Positions 16,673-25,805 of a DNA stretch of 32,000 nucleotides are shown in pieces. Numbering within the stretch: the first letter of the stretch is position 1; each line of letters begins with the position of its first letter. A program made the position numbers and the translations under genes. Below the pieces are notes generated by a model that saw only the letters and a list, made by a program, of their open reading frames with translations, had not been told where the DNA came from and did not search any database. The DNA lies in NCBI GenBank assembly GCA_041494705.1, contig JBGQBI010000006.1, forward strand, positions 60,001 to 92,000, given 5' to 3'. The DNA is from Candidatus Methanoperedens sp. GTDB taxonomy: Archaea; Halobacteriota; Methanosarcinia; Methanosarcinales; Methanoperedenaceae.

Positions 16673-17326
16673 ATGGGATTCATTTCGAAAGCATATGAAT
16701 GGAAACTCAAAAATGCAATAAAAAAACAGGATGTTCCGAAACATATCGTCCTTGCGCTTTTTGAAAATGATCTGCTCACAGATGATAATTATAGCAAATT
16801 GAATTCTTTTGTCACCTGGTGCAAAGAGACGGGAATAGGTACAGTCACTATTTTTATAAGTATTATCGAGGTGGATGCAAAGCTTGGCAGAAAAATCTGC
16901 AATAAATTGTCATTAGAAATCCCATCCGCGCTTTATGACATCACTCCGAATATAACTGTAATAACAAGAGGGGACAAGGAGATAAAAAAACACGACTCAA
17001 CAGGAATGAATCTTGAGATTTCTCTCGGATACAGCGGGAAGTATGAATTGACGCGGGCAATCAAGGAAATAATGACACAGGTGAAGAATGGAAAACTGGC
17101 ACCCGATGAAATCAATGAAAACGTGATTGAATCCCATTTATTATTTAAATCCGAGCCTGATATTGTAATCCGGGCCGGGGGTAAGAGATTGACTGATTTC
17201 CTTATCTGGCAATCAGTTTATTCAGAGCTGTATTTTACGGATGTTAACTGGCTTGATTTCAGGAAGGTTGATTTTTTAAGGGTAATAAGAGATTTCCAGA
17301 AGCGACAGCGCAGGTTCGGGAAATAA
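16673..17326 (+). CDS. cis-prenyltransferase (UppS) paralogue lacking catalytic N-terminal motifs but retaining C-terminal RxG (NgBR/Nus1-like accessory subunit candidate)
   Basis: LALFENDLL replaces IIMDGNRRW, and IFISIIEVD replaces YAFSxEN. It retains IRAGGKRLTDFLIWQSVYSELYFTDVNWLDF and the terminal QRRFGK. Confidence 0.7.
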   Translation: MGFISKAYEWKLKNAIKKQDVPKHIVLALFENDLLTDDNYSKLNSFVTWCKETGIGTVTIFISIIEVDAKLGRKICNKLSLEIPSALYDITPNITVITRGDKEIKKHDSTGMNLEISLGYSGKYELTRAIKEIMTQVKNGKLAPDEINENVIESHLLFKSEPDIVIRAGGKRLTDFLIWQSVYSELYFTDVNWLDFRKVDFLRVIRDFQKRQRRFGK

Positions 17327-17334
17327 TCCAAAGA

Positions 17335-18279
17335 CTACCACTTAATCATGTTATGCATCACAGCATTATGGTACGTAAGTTCATGAAGTATCTTTATGAC
17401 TTCTTCTTTTGGGATTTTAATAAATCTCCTGGAGATGGAAATAACATCTTCAACTTCCACAAGGCCATAGTAGCTTAACAATTTGACAATCCGCATAACC
17501 GTGTTTTTTTGTCTTTCATGCTCTCGTGTCTGGTATGTGCGTATAGCCCGCAGGAAGTCTATCCTTCGGAACTCAGGCCAGAAAGGAGCGCAGAAATAGG
17601 CGGCGCATTCATTCCCGTTGGCCTGCCAGGGGAGGAAATTGGATATCCTTTCATCGCCGCCAGTCCTGATAATAAGATCAACACAGGGCATAGAACCGCT
17701 TGCGGGATACAGGTTATTCGATATCGTATCTTCGTCAATGTCTTTTAAGGATAATTCACCGGTTCTGATTTTCCATGCCATTTTCCGCGCAGCGTCAATA
17801 AGCTCCTGCCTCCCGCCATAAGCAAGCGCAACGTTGAGGTATACGCCATCGTAATTCTTTGTGATTTCTTCTGCATGTTTTGCCGATGTTCTGAGGGATG
17901 AGGGAAGGAGATCAATATTTCCAACTACCCTCACTCTCATACGCCGTTTATGAGTGCGTTCATCGATGCATATTTTATCAAATTTTATACCAATGAGTTC
18001 AAAAATCCTGTTTTTCTCTTCATCCGTTCTTTCAAAATTCTCTGTTGAAAAAGCGTAAACCGTGAGCTGTTTAATACCAAGGTCGAAACTCCAGTCAAGA
18101 ACTTTTTCAGTCGTGTCCGCGCCTTTAAAATGACCGTAATAATAAGCAAACCCGTTCTTTTTGGCAAATCGCCTGTTCCCGTCCATTATAATGGCAACAT
18201 GGGATGGAACTGGTTTATCTTTTATTTCATTGGCAAGTAAAGCCTCATAACCACCGTATAAAATTCCCGCTAAACTCAA
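17335..18279 (-). CDS. uppS: cis-prenyltransferase (di-trans,poly-cis polyprenyl diphosphate synthase), catalytic subunit lacking the RxG tail
   Basis: HVAIIMDGNRRFAKK, TVYAFSTENFERT and LIIRTGGDERISNFLPWQ are present. The C-terminal RRFG is replaced by TREHERQKN plus a ~60-aa extension. Apparent TTG start. Confidence 0.85.
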   Translation of the reverse strand: MSLAGILYGGYEALLANEIKDKPVPSHVAIIMDGNRRFAKKNGFAYYYGHFKGADTTEKVLDWSFDLGIKQLTVYAFSTENFERTDEEKNRIFELIGIKFDKICIDERTHKRRMRVRVVGNIDLLPSSLRTSAKHAEEITKNYDGVYLNVALAYGGRQELIDAARKMAWKIRTGELSLKDIDEDTISNNLYPASGSMPCVDLIIRTGGDERISNFLPWQANGNECAAYFCAPFWPEFRRIDFLRAIRTYQTREHERQKNTVMRIVKLLSYYGLVEVEDVISISRRFIKIPKEEVIKILHELTYHNAVMHNMIKW

Positions 18280-18320
18280 TATATCACTCGCTTCATTTAC
18301 AGTTTAAGAAGTATTAAAGT

Positions 18321-20516
18321 TTAACTAAAATCTCCGAGGCTTCGCTGTTCTTCGGTTCGTTCTTCCATAATCACGGAAGTCCCGATTTGTTTCAGGATTT
18401 TCACGGCAACTTTCAGCCCGATTATCTTAGAAATAGTCTGGAGGTCAGAAACCCGAAGCGTCTGCATATCCCGGATTCCGGCATTAAAGAGCTTCCGGGC
18501 GCGGACACGCCCTATCCCGCGTATCTGGATAAGGTCAAGAAGCTCAGGGCTTGCCCCGTATTCCACGCGTTTTTCAAGTTCGGCTGCCGCTCTTGAACAA
18601 GAGCGTTTCTCATGCCTTCCAAGTTCAGCCATCGAATGAACAAGCCAGAGCGCGGTTTCAGAAAGCGCCCTTATATCGCCTTCACCTATTCCGAATTTCT
18701 TGACTATATCTTCTTCTTTTTTCTCGTTTATCCAGTCAAGCATCACGCATGCGGTTTTTACCTCAGACAGGAACCACTCGTAATCCACCTTGAACTGCGC
18801 GGGTATGTGGACAAATTCGGCATGGTGCTCCATGACGAGGTCGCTTAACCATTCATAATCGTTTGAGCGCAGGTACAATTGCCGCATATCCGGCGTCCTG
18901 CATGCAAGATGAAGAAGCGTCAAATCCGTGTACTGGATGCCTTTTTCTTCTATCATCTCCATTCCGTCAAGAATCATCGAGGCAGAAAGCGGGTCGATAT
19001 ACAACCGTGATACCAGTTCCCCGAGGCGCGTTGCAAAAAGACCATCTTTTTCCACAATCATCTTTTTATCAACCAGGAATTCTATTATTTTATCTATTAC
19101 AACCTTCAGGCTCCACGGTTCCTGCTGCGTAGAATAAAATGTGGAACCCATGAATTCAAGCAATTCATCCATGTTCCTTGCAAATCCTGTTACAATCGTG
19201 GAAAGGATGTGTGTGCGCAGTGCATTCTCAGAGCCAAGTTTTGACCATATATTCTCAGCGCCCGCAAGCACATACTGCTGCATTAGCTCCTCTGACTCAT
19301 CATAGGTTTTTGCAACAAGAACGGCTTCCCCGTAAGGGTCAAGCCTCGGGCGCCCTGCTCTTCCCGCCATCTGTTTGTATTCAAGCACGGGTATGGGCGT
19401 CTGCCCGAAATTGACATCGTAGCGCCTGTAGCCCTTGATTATGACCCGCCGCGCCGGGAGATTGAGACCTGCCGCAAGTGTGGGCGTAGCCACAATTACT
19501 TTTATTGTGCCTGCCCTGAACCCGTCCTCGATTAACTTCCGCTGCTCAGAAATAAGACCCGCGTGGTGGAATGCGCTTCCATTCTCGATGCAGAGAGCAA
19601 GCTTTCTTGCAGTTTCCACCTCGCTTGAATCCCGGATTTCCTGGGCGAGAACCCCCAGTTTTTCTTTCGTGCCAAAGGCGACCAGGGGTGATATTGACGT
19701 TCCGATGCGCGCTGCCAGACCTTCGCTGTTTTTCCTGCTGCTCTCAAATACAAGGCACTGCCCGCCTTCGATAAGGGTATCAGCCGCAAGCGATATGGCG
19801 CTGTCTTTATGGAATTCTTTAATATCGCGCCGGCTCCTGTCTGCAAAAACTATGACGCCTTCGAAAAAGACCCCTTCTTTTAATACTATGGGACGCCAGT
19901 CGCTCACTACAAGTTCGGCATCAAGCCATTTTGCGATTTCATTTGCATTGCCAATGGTAGCGGAAAGCGCTATTATCTGCGGGTTTAGCTGCATCAGTTT
20001 AGCGAGCACGATTTCAAGCGTTGGCCCACGGTCGGGAGAATCGATGAGGTGAATCTCGTCTGCGATTACGACTGTTATCTCTTCCATCCAGTGTGACCTG
20101 TTCCGCAGGAGTGAGTCCACTTTTTCAGACGTGGCGACGATGATGTCGAAATTCCCGAGCCACTCATCGCGGGAATCAAGATCGCCTGTCGCGATACCTG
20201 TTGATATGCCCCTTCCATTGCTTTTCCTGATACTTTCAAAACTCCGGAACCTGTCGTATTTCTCGCTTGCAAGAGCCCGCAAGGGCACGATGTAAAGGGC
20301 TTTTCCCCGTTTGTTCTCATCCAGTATTGATTTCAGCATGGCAAATTCTGCAAGCAATGTTTTGCCCGAGGCTGTGGGTATTGCGGCTACGATGTTTTTG
20401 CTTTCGAGGAGACCTGCTTTGATGGCATCGGCTTGAGGGGGATAGAGTTGGGTTATGCCCGAATCCTGATATAATTGAATGACAGCATCGGGAAGGTCAA
20501 GGTCTTTGATTTTCAT
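18321..20516 (-). CDS. hel308: Hel308 (Ski2-like SF2 DNA helicase)
   Basis: PPQADAI, Walker A PTASGKT, DEIH box (VIADEIHLI), QMAGRAGRP, and a C-terminal HhH domain (IRGIGRVRARKLFNAGI). 731 aa. Confidence 0.9.
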   Translation of the reverse strand: MKIKDLDLPDAVIQLYQDSGITQLYPPQADAIKAGLLESKNIVAAIPTASGKTLLAEFAMLKSILDENKRGKALYIVPLRALASEKYDRFRSFESIRKSNGRGISTGIATGDLDSRDEWLGNFDIIVATSEKVDSLLRNRSHWMEEITVVIADEIHLIDSPDRGPTLEIVLAKLMQLNPQIIALSATIGNANEIAKWLDAELVVSDWRPIVLKEGVFFEGVIVFADRSRRDIKEFHKDSAISLAADTLIEGGQCLVFESSRKNSEGLAARIGTSISPLVAFGTKEKLGVLAQEIRDSSEVETARKLALCIENGSAFHHAGLISEQRKLIEDGFRAGTIKVIVATPTLAAGLNLPARRVIIKGYRRYDVNFGQTPIPVLEYKQMAGRAGRPRLDPYGEAVLVAKTYDESEELMQQYVLAGAENIWSKLGSENALRTHILSTIVTGFARNMDELLEFMGSTFYSTQQEPWSLKVVIDKIIEFLVDKKMIVEKDGLFATRLGELVSRLYIDPLSASMILDGMEMIEEKGIQYTDLTLLHLACRTPDMRQLYLRSNDYEWLSDLVMEHHAEFVHIPAQFKVDYEWFLSEVKTACVMLDWINEKKEEDIVKKFGIGEGDIRALSETALWLVHSMAELGRHEKRSCSRAAAELEKRVEYGASPELLDLIQIRGIGRVRARKLFNAGIRDMQTLRVSDLQTISKIIGLKVAVKILKQIGTSVIMEERTEEQRSLGDFS

Positions 20517-20653
20517 TTCAGGGCTAAAATGCGGGGATGCTTAAAAAGAATTTCTCAATACCCGCATAAAATCTGCCAGTGTGAGCGAAATATGCGTCAA
20601 TCGCCAATCGACAGTTTTATATCAGAGCAGGTTATTTAAATTTCTGTGGTGTT

Positions 20654-21199
20654 ATGATAAAATTTAATAATGTTATACTTATAACAGTTATAGGACTGGC
20701 AGTTCTCTTTTCGGGATGTGCCGGCACTCAGGAGACCAAAGTATCGGAAACAGCCAAACCGACTTCAATCCAGGCCACTGCAACTCAACCTCCCGTCTCT
20801 CAGACCCCTGTCGGCCCCTATCAGGTTCAGGTCACTGAAGTTAAAAATCTTCAGGATTGTATTGTATATGCCGGAACAAAACAGTCCTGTTCTATTGTAA
20901 ATCTCGAAATAAAAAATAACAATATAAATAGCCTCGATGTCAGCATACTTAAAAATGCAATCGCTTTAAATGGTGGAAAAACACTTGAAAAATACGAAAG
21001 TGAGGCAGGATTAAATAATCTATGTGTACGGCAGTCAGGATTGCAATTTAAGCTAAATGCTAATGCGGCTCAGAATGTAGGCTTGTGTTACCCTTCACTC
21101 CACAAAACCGATAATCCGACGTTGAATGTCGAAGTTATGATTAATGGAGAACGAAAGGAGTCTACGTTTGATTTAACCAAATACGGACTCACGAATTAG
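20654..21199 (+). CDS. putative secreted lipoprotein
   Basis: Signal peptide with lipobox LFSGC, a Thr/Pro/Gln-rich linker, then a ~110-aa beta-rich domain. Relatively AT-rich gene. Confidence 0.55.
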   Translation: MIKFNNVILITVIGLAVLFSGCAGTQETKVSETAKPTSIQATATQPPVSQTPVGPYQVQVTEVKNLQDCIVYAGTKQSCSIVNLEIKNNNINSLDVSILKNAIALNGGKTLEKYESEAGLNNLCVRQSGLQFKLNANAAQNVGLCYPSLHKTDNPTLNVEVMINGERKESTFDLTKYGLTN

Positions 21200-21240
21200 G
21201 GAACTGATTACAAAAAAGGTTCGGTAGTCGCTTGCGCAAC

Positions 21241-23988
21241 CTACCCCACCTTCTCCCTCACCATCTCCACCCCTCTGGTGAGCGCCTCCTCGATCCTCGT
21301 AACATCCGTTCCCCCGCCCTGCGCTATCCCCGGCTTTCCCCCTCCTCCCCCGCCCACGAGCTTTGACATCTCGCGCACGATTGCGCCTGAGTTCACGCCC
21401 ATCTTCTGCGCCCGCTCTCCCGCAGCCACCACGAACTTCACGCCTCCGACGTCGCTTGCGAGGAGCGCCACCACATCGTCATTCTTGCTGAATTCGGTTG
21501 CTGCCTTGATAAGCTCTTCAACGTCTGCATGAAGAATCTTCTTTGAAAGCACCTTCAATCCGTTTATTTCCACGGCATCACCCATCATCGCCTTCACCCT
21601 TGCCTCTGCCAGTTCAGCCTTCAGGCGCTCGTTCTCCTTCTTCAACTCTTTCCATTCCTCAAAAAACCTGTTCACCGTATCAGGAAGCTGCTCAGGCGAG
21701 ACACGAAGCGCTTCCGAGGACTTATTCAGCAGTTCATCCCTCTCCTCCCAGCGTTTTACAGCCGCTTCGCCTGCCGAGAACTCGATGCGCTCAACCCCGT
21801 CCTGTATCCTTTCGGTCTTGATGAGCTTGATAGGTCCGATAAGCCCCGTATTTGAAACATGTGTACCGCCGCAGGCTTCCACGTCATTTCCCACCCGCAG
21901 GATGCGTATCTCCTTTCCCGGTGGCACACCGCCCTGGTACAGCACAAATCCGTATTGTTTTTCAGCCTCGACCCTGTCCATCCAGTCGATGAATACAGGC
22001 TGGTTTTTCATAACCGCTTTGTTCGCAAGCAGCTCGATTTCTTTGAACTCGGCGTCGGAAATGCGCTTATAATGCGTGAGGTCAAGCCTTGCTCTATCCG
22101 TTGATTTCTGTGCGCCGGTCTGCCAGATATGCTTCCCCAGCACGGTTTTTGCTGAGTCGTTCACGATATGCGTGGCTGTGTGGTGGCGCATGTGCGCAAG
22201 GCGCCGCTCCCAATCGATTTTTCCTTTTACCGAATCCCCTTTCTTAAACCCGAAATCAGAGTCGGTCTCATGGACAATAACGCCATTTATGTTCTGTGCA
22301 TCCACCACGTTCGCAACATAATCATTCACGGACAACGTGCCGTGGTCAGCGGGCTGGCCGCCGCCTTCAGGATAGAATATTGTTTTATCAAGGATTATAT
22401 TATTTTCAATAACATCAAGAACTTTTGCCTCAAATTCCGTCTGTTCGGGATATTCATAATACAACTTTCGTGTTGGCGGCAATTCAAGCGGAAGCGCCTC
22501 TAATTCCTCTTCTTCTGCCTTGCTGTGTTTTTTCGCCACGAGCGAATAGAATGTATCAGGCAGGTCAACCTCAACGCCCGCTTCTTTTGCAACCTCGCGT
22601 GTAATCTCGGGCGGGATGCCGTGGGTATCATATAATTGGATGAGTTCACCAAGCGGTATTGCCTGTTTTTTCTCCCTGAAATGCTGCGCCGTCTTCCTGA
22701 CAAGTTTGGTTCCCCGCTCGATAGTATCTGCGTATTTTTCCTCTTCCAGCGCCACGATTTCACGAATTGTATCAAGGCGTTCCCTGAATTCGGGATATTC
22801 GGGGAAGTTCCGTATCTGCATCTCGATAATTTCAATAAGAGGTTCCCTGATATCCAGTTCTTTCATAAGGCGAAGCGTCCGGCGAAGGACAAGCCTTGCG
22901 AGATAGCCTGCCTTCACGTTGGAAGGGATAATTCCATCCCCGAACATGAATGCCAGGCATCTTGAATGGTCGGTGATAGAATAGACCGTCTCCACTGGCA
23001 CCATGAGCTTCTGGAGTTTCTCGACCGTAGTGCCGATGCTGTCTGCAACCTTCTTTCTTAACTGCAGGAGATTTGCCTGCCCGCTGATATCCATCACGCC
23101 TGCGAACTTTGCATTCTGCGAGAATATCTCTGCATATTCCGGATTTTCAATAGAGTGCTCAATACCAGCCAGGCCCATGAGTTCATTAACTATCTTGGGG
23201 AACACGGCATCGTATATCGTGGGCGAACCTTTTGATGCCCACACGAACCTCTCAAGACCGTAACCGGTATCAACAATGTAATTATCCATCTTCTCGTAGG
23301 TATCGCCCTTGATTTCAATCGAACCGCCCTTTGTTTGTTTCAAGTCCATGAACACTAGGGTTGCAAGTTCAAGCCCGCCCACAAGCACTTCCACACTGGG
23401 ACCGGCGTTTCCCCCGCCTGCCCACGGTGATTCCTTATAGGTTACGGCATTCAGGTCAAGGCCCAGGCTTGCAAGCAAAGAATCACACAGCTCCACTGTC
23501 CTGTCCTTCCAGTATATTTCCTGCCCGCGTTTGTTAAAGCAGTGATGCGCCATCATCTCAAAGGTGGTCAGGTGGCGTCCGCTTCGCCCCACGGCATCAA
23601 GGTCATCGAGGCGGATGCATGGCTGCGAAATAGTGAGGGGGTTCGCAGGCGGAGGTACAAGCCCCGAGGTTACAAAGGGCTGGAAATCCGCAATTGAGGC
23701 TATCGTAAGATAAATATCATCACGCCAGCGTGCGATTACAGGATATCTTTTAACACGGGTATGCCCATGCTTTTCAAAAAAAGATAAATATGCTTCACGC
23801 ATGGAAGATATGTCGTATTCTTTCTTGAAAACCGGGGCGCCGATGAATGAATAGGATACACAGGGCGGGTCCCCGCAAAATTCGGTTTCAGAATCCCGCG
23901 TCCAGAAGTTCTTGCCACATTTCGGACACTGTTTACGCACAAATCCATTCTCTTTGAAATAATCCAGCTGGTACTCGTCATTAAGCAT
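21241..23988 (-). CDS. alaS: alanine--tRNA ligase (archaeal type)
   Basis: 915 aa. N-terminal zinc-ribbon-like CPKCGKNFW, editing-domain HxxxH (HHTATH) and CGGTH, and a C-terminal GGGGGKPxxAQGGG DHHA1-like motif. Confidence 0.95.
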   Translation of the reverse strand: MLNDEYQLDYFKENGFVRKQCPKCGKNFWTRDSETEFCGDPPCVSYSFIGAPVFKKEYDISSMREAYLSFFEKHGHTRVKRYPVIARWRDDIYLTIASIADFQPFVTSGLVPPPANPLTISQPCIRLDDLDAVGRSGRHLTTFEMMAHHCFNKRGQEIYWKDRTVELCDSLLASLGLDLNAVTYKESPWAGGGNAGPSVEVLVGGLELATLVFMDLKQTKGGSIEIKGDTYEKMDNYIVDTGYGLERFVWASKGSPTIYDAVFPKIVNELMGLAGIEHSIENPEYAEIFSQNAKFAGVMDISGQANLLQLRKKVADSIGTTVEKLQKLMVPVETVYSITDHSRCLAFMFGDGIIPSNVKAGYLARLVLRRTLRLMKELDIREPLIEIIEMQIRNFPEYPEFRERLDTIREIVALEEEKYADTIERGTKLVRKTAQHFREKKQAIPLGELIQLYDTHGIPPEITREVAKEAGVEVDLPDTFYSLVAKKHSKAEEEELEALPLELPPTRKLYYEYPEQTEFEAKVLDVIENNIILDKTIFYPEGGGQPADHGTLSVNDYVANVVDAQNINGVIVHETDSDFGFKKGDSVKGKIDWERRLAHMRHHTATHIVNDSAKTVLGKHIWQTGAQKSTDRARLDLTHYKRISDAEFKEIELLANKAVMKNQPVFIDWMDRVEAEKQYGFVLYQGGVPPGKEIRILRVGNDVEACGGTHVSNTGLIGPIKLIKTERIQDGVERIEFSAGEAAVKRWEERDELLNKSSEALRVSPEQLPDTVNRFFEEWKELKKENERLKAELAEARVKAMMGDAVEINGLKVLSKKILHADVEELIKAATEFSKNDDVVALLASDVGGVKFVVAAGERAQKMGVNSGAIVREMSKLVGGGGGGKPGIAQGGGTDVTRIEEALTRGVEMVREKVG

Positions 23989-24069
23989 ATTATCTGGGGT
24001 AGTAATTGTAAAGGGAATAGATAATTATATCTGGAAAATATCCCTCAAAAATTAAACAATTTTAACAAT

Positions 24070-24133
24070 CTTTGCGACCTTTGCGGCTCTGCGGTGAATA
24101 AAATCGCACCGCAAAGGCGCCAAGAACGCAAAG
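24070..24133. repeat. reiterated TTTGCG(G)/CCGCAAA motif cluster forming an imperfect palindrome; contains one copy of a ~25-nt element
   Basis: CTTTGCG(24070-76)...CCTTTGCGG(24078-86)...CTCTGCGGTG(24087-96)...GCACCGCAAAGG(24106-17)...CGCAAAG(24127-33). Positions 24093-24117 match the reverse complement of 25749-25773 at 23 of 25 positions. Confidence 0.6.
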
Positions 24134-24177
24134 TATCACAAAAATATGTTTAAAAAATTATAAAAACCATTTCATCT

Positions 24178-25404
24178 TTAACCCGGCTCTTTCTGTATTC
24201 CTACAACTGAAAGGAATCTTTTTACCACTGCTTCTTCAGCAAGTTTCAGGAGCGTCTGTTTATCCTTTGTGCCGCTGAACACTCCCAGGGGAATCTGCGC
24301 ACCTGCGAGCATTGCATGCCCCCCGGCTTTATCCTCCCCGAAGGCATCCTTCATCACGTTGCCTATATTAACCCGGTCATCCCGGCTTCTCCCTGAAATA
24401 TATATCGTGTCTTCGCCGAGCCCGAATATAAGCGTGGTGGTTATTCCCTCAAGGGTCAACAAATAATCAGCCGCCTGTGCAAGAGTATCCCTGTCCCGGA
24501 TAGTACCCACGTTTGAAATAAGATAACTGCCTTTTATCTGCCTGTTCTTGATGGCCTCGCCGAGAATATCAATCGACTCTGTGGACTTGGAAGGAGTTTC
24601 GATTCTGCCCAATATGTCGTGGTTCGCAAGCGGGAAGAGATACGCTGCTGCAATGAAATCAGCAGGGTCGGTGTTCCTTCGGAAATCATCCGTATCGACT
24701 TTAATCCCATACAAAAGAGCGGTTGCAAGCTCCATTTTTATCGGTATTTCAAGATCCTGCAGGTATTTTGTCATTATGGTGGCGGTTGCGCCGATATTCG
24801 GCCTGATATCCACATATTCCGCTTTTACCTCTTCGATATCTGCCTGGTGGTGATCTATCACAACGTTGATTTCAGTATTCCGGGGTAACATATTATTCAC
24901 CCCGGGCACAGAACATTCCAGCATCGCGATTTTCTTATATTCGGATGCTTTAAAGTCCTTTGGCTGGTCCAGTTCTATAAGTTCTATATCAAGAAGGTTG
25001 ATAAACGCCTTGTTTTCATGATGCCCTATCTTTCCTTTATAGAGTATTTCCGCTTTAACACCCACGCTGTTAGCTATCTCTTTCAAGCCCATTGCGCTTG
25101 AAATTGCATCGGGGTCGGGATTGTCGTGGACTACAATCGCTAATCTCCCCTCTCCTACAGAACTTATCAATTTTTTTAATTCCTGCGCCAGTTTTACTGA
25201 TGTAATTCTCTCGATATACTGGACAATAGCTGAGGCAATGGCTTTGAGGGGAAGGTTTGATGGCAGGACAACAAGGTCCGCGCCGGCAGTTTCCATTTCT
25301 TCCTTTTGCTGATAATTATGCGCTCTTGCTACAATATGGACATCAGGAGCTGATTTTTTTATATGAGCCAGAGCCTTTTTATTTGACTCTATATTGGAAC
25401 TCAT
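24178..25404 (-). CDS. DHH/DHHA1 phosphoesterase with N-terminal TrkA-N (NAD-binding) domain; true N-terminus lies upstream (open frame to 25665)
   Basis: DHH motifs VVHDNPDPDAISS and VIDHHQ, DHHA1 motif KAGGHAMLAG. The first 50 aa from ATG 25404 are the back half of a TrkA-N Rossmann fold. The front half (VLGSGGIGLAIAKEL) is encoded in-frame upstream without any ATG, GTG or TTG. Confidence 0.75.
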   Translation of the reverse strand: MSSNIESNKKALAHIKKSAPDVHIVARAHNYQQKEEMETAGADLVVLPSNLPLKAIASAIVQYIERITSVKLAQELKKLISSVGEGRLAIVVHDNPDPDAISSAMGLKEIANSVGVKAEILYKGKIGHHENKAFINLLDIELIELDQPKDFKASEYKKIAMLECSVPGVNNMLPRNTEINVVIDHHQADIEEVKAEYVDIRPNIGATATIMTKYLQDLEIPIKMELATALLYGIKVDTDDFRRNTDPADFIAAAYLFPLANHDILGRIETPSKSTESIDILGEAIKNRQIKGSYLISNVGTIRDRDTLAQAADYLLTLEGITTTLIFGLGEDTIYISGRSRDDRVNIGNVMKDAFGEDKAGGHAMLAGAQIPLGVFSGTKDKQTLLKLAEEAVVKRFLSVVGIQKEPG

Positions 25405-25748
25405 TATGAAAACAGATTCGATATTCTTAATATCGAGTTTAGAAAGAACTTCGGCATCGCCGATATCTCCCAGAAGGGCATTCAGGTTTTGCTCATTTAA
25501 TGTTTCTATTTTTGCGGAATCATTATCTATCAGGATAATATTTTTATTCCGTGTTTCAAGTTCCTTTGCTATTGCAAGCCCGATGCCGCCGCTTCCCAGG
25601 ACAGCATAGGTGACCCTGATTGGCTTTGATTCATCGTACTTCTCCTCTATAGTTAAGCCTCCTGTTTATCTTATCCCACTTTATTGATTTACTGCGTTTT
25701 ATATTTATGGTCGTGCATATTCTTGTGAATACTTAGCGTACTTGACGT

Positions 25749-25773
25749 CTTTGCGGTGTGAATTTTATTCACC
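25749..25773. repeat. second copy (inverted) of the ~25-nt intergenic element
   Basis: CTTTGCGGTGTGAATTTTATTCACC. Its reverse complement differs from 24093-24117 by one mismatch and one indel. Confidence 0.55.
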
Positions 25774-25805
25774 AGAAAGAGAAAGCGGATTATGAAGTTC
25801 GATAC

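Noticed and set aside
19435-20052. Long antisense or alternative-frame ORFs inside hel308, alaS, deoA, cobS/cobZ, the RecJ-like gene and the FAD oxidoreductase. Examples: 19435-20052 plus, 6051-6710 minus, 8134-8769 minus, 28026-28820 plus, 10650-11201 plus, 21278-23263 plus series.
   Set aside because: Each lies fully within a strongly supported gene on the other strand. Their Ser/Pro/Arg-rich low-complexity translations are typical of mirror-frame artefacts.
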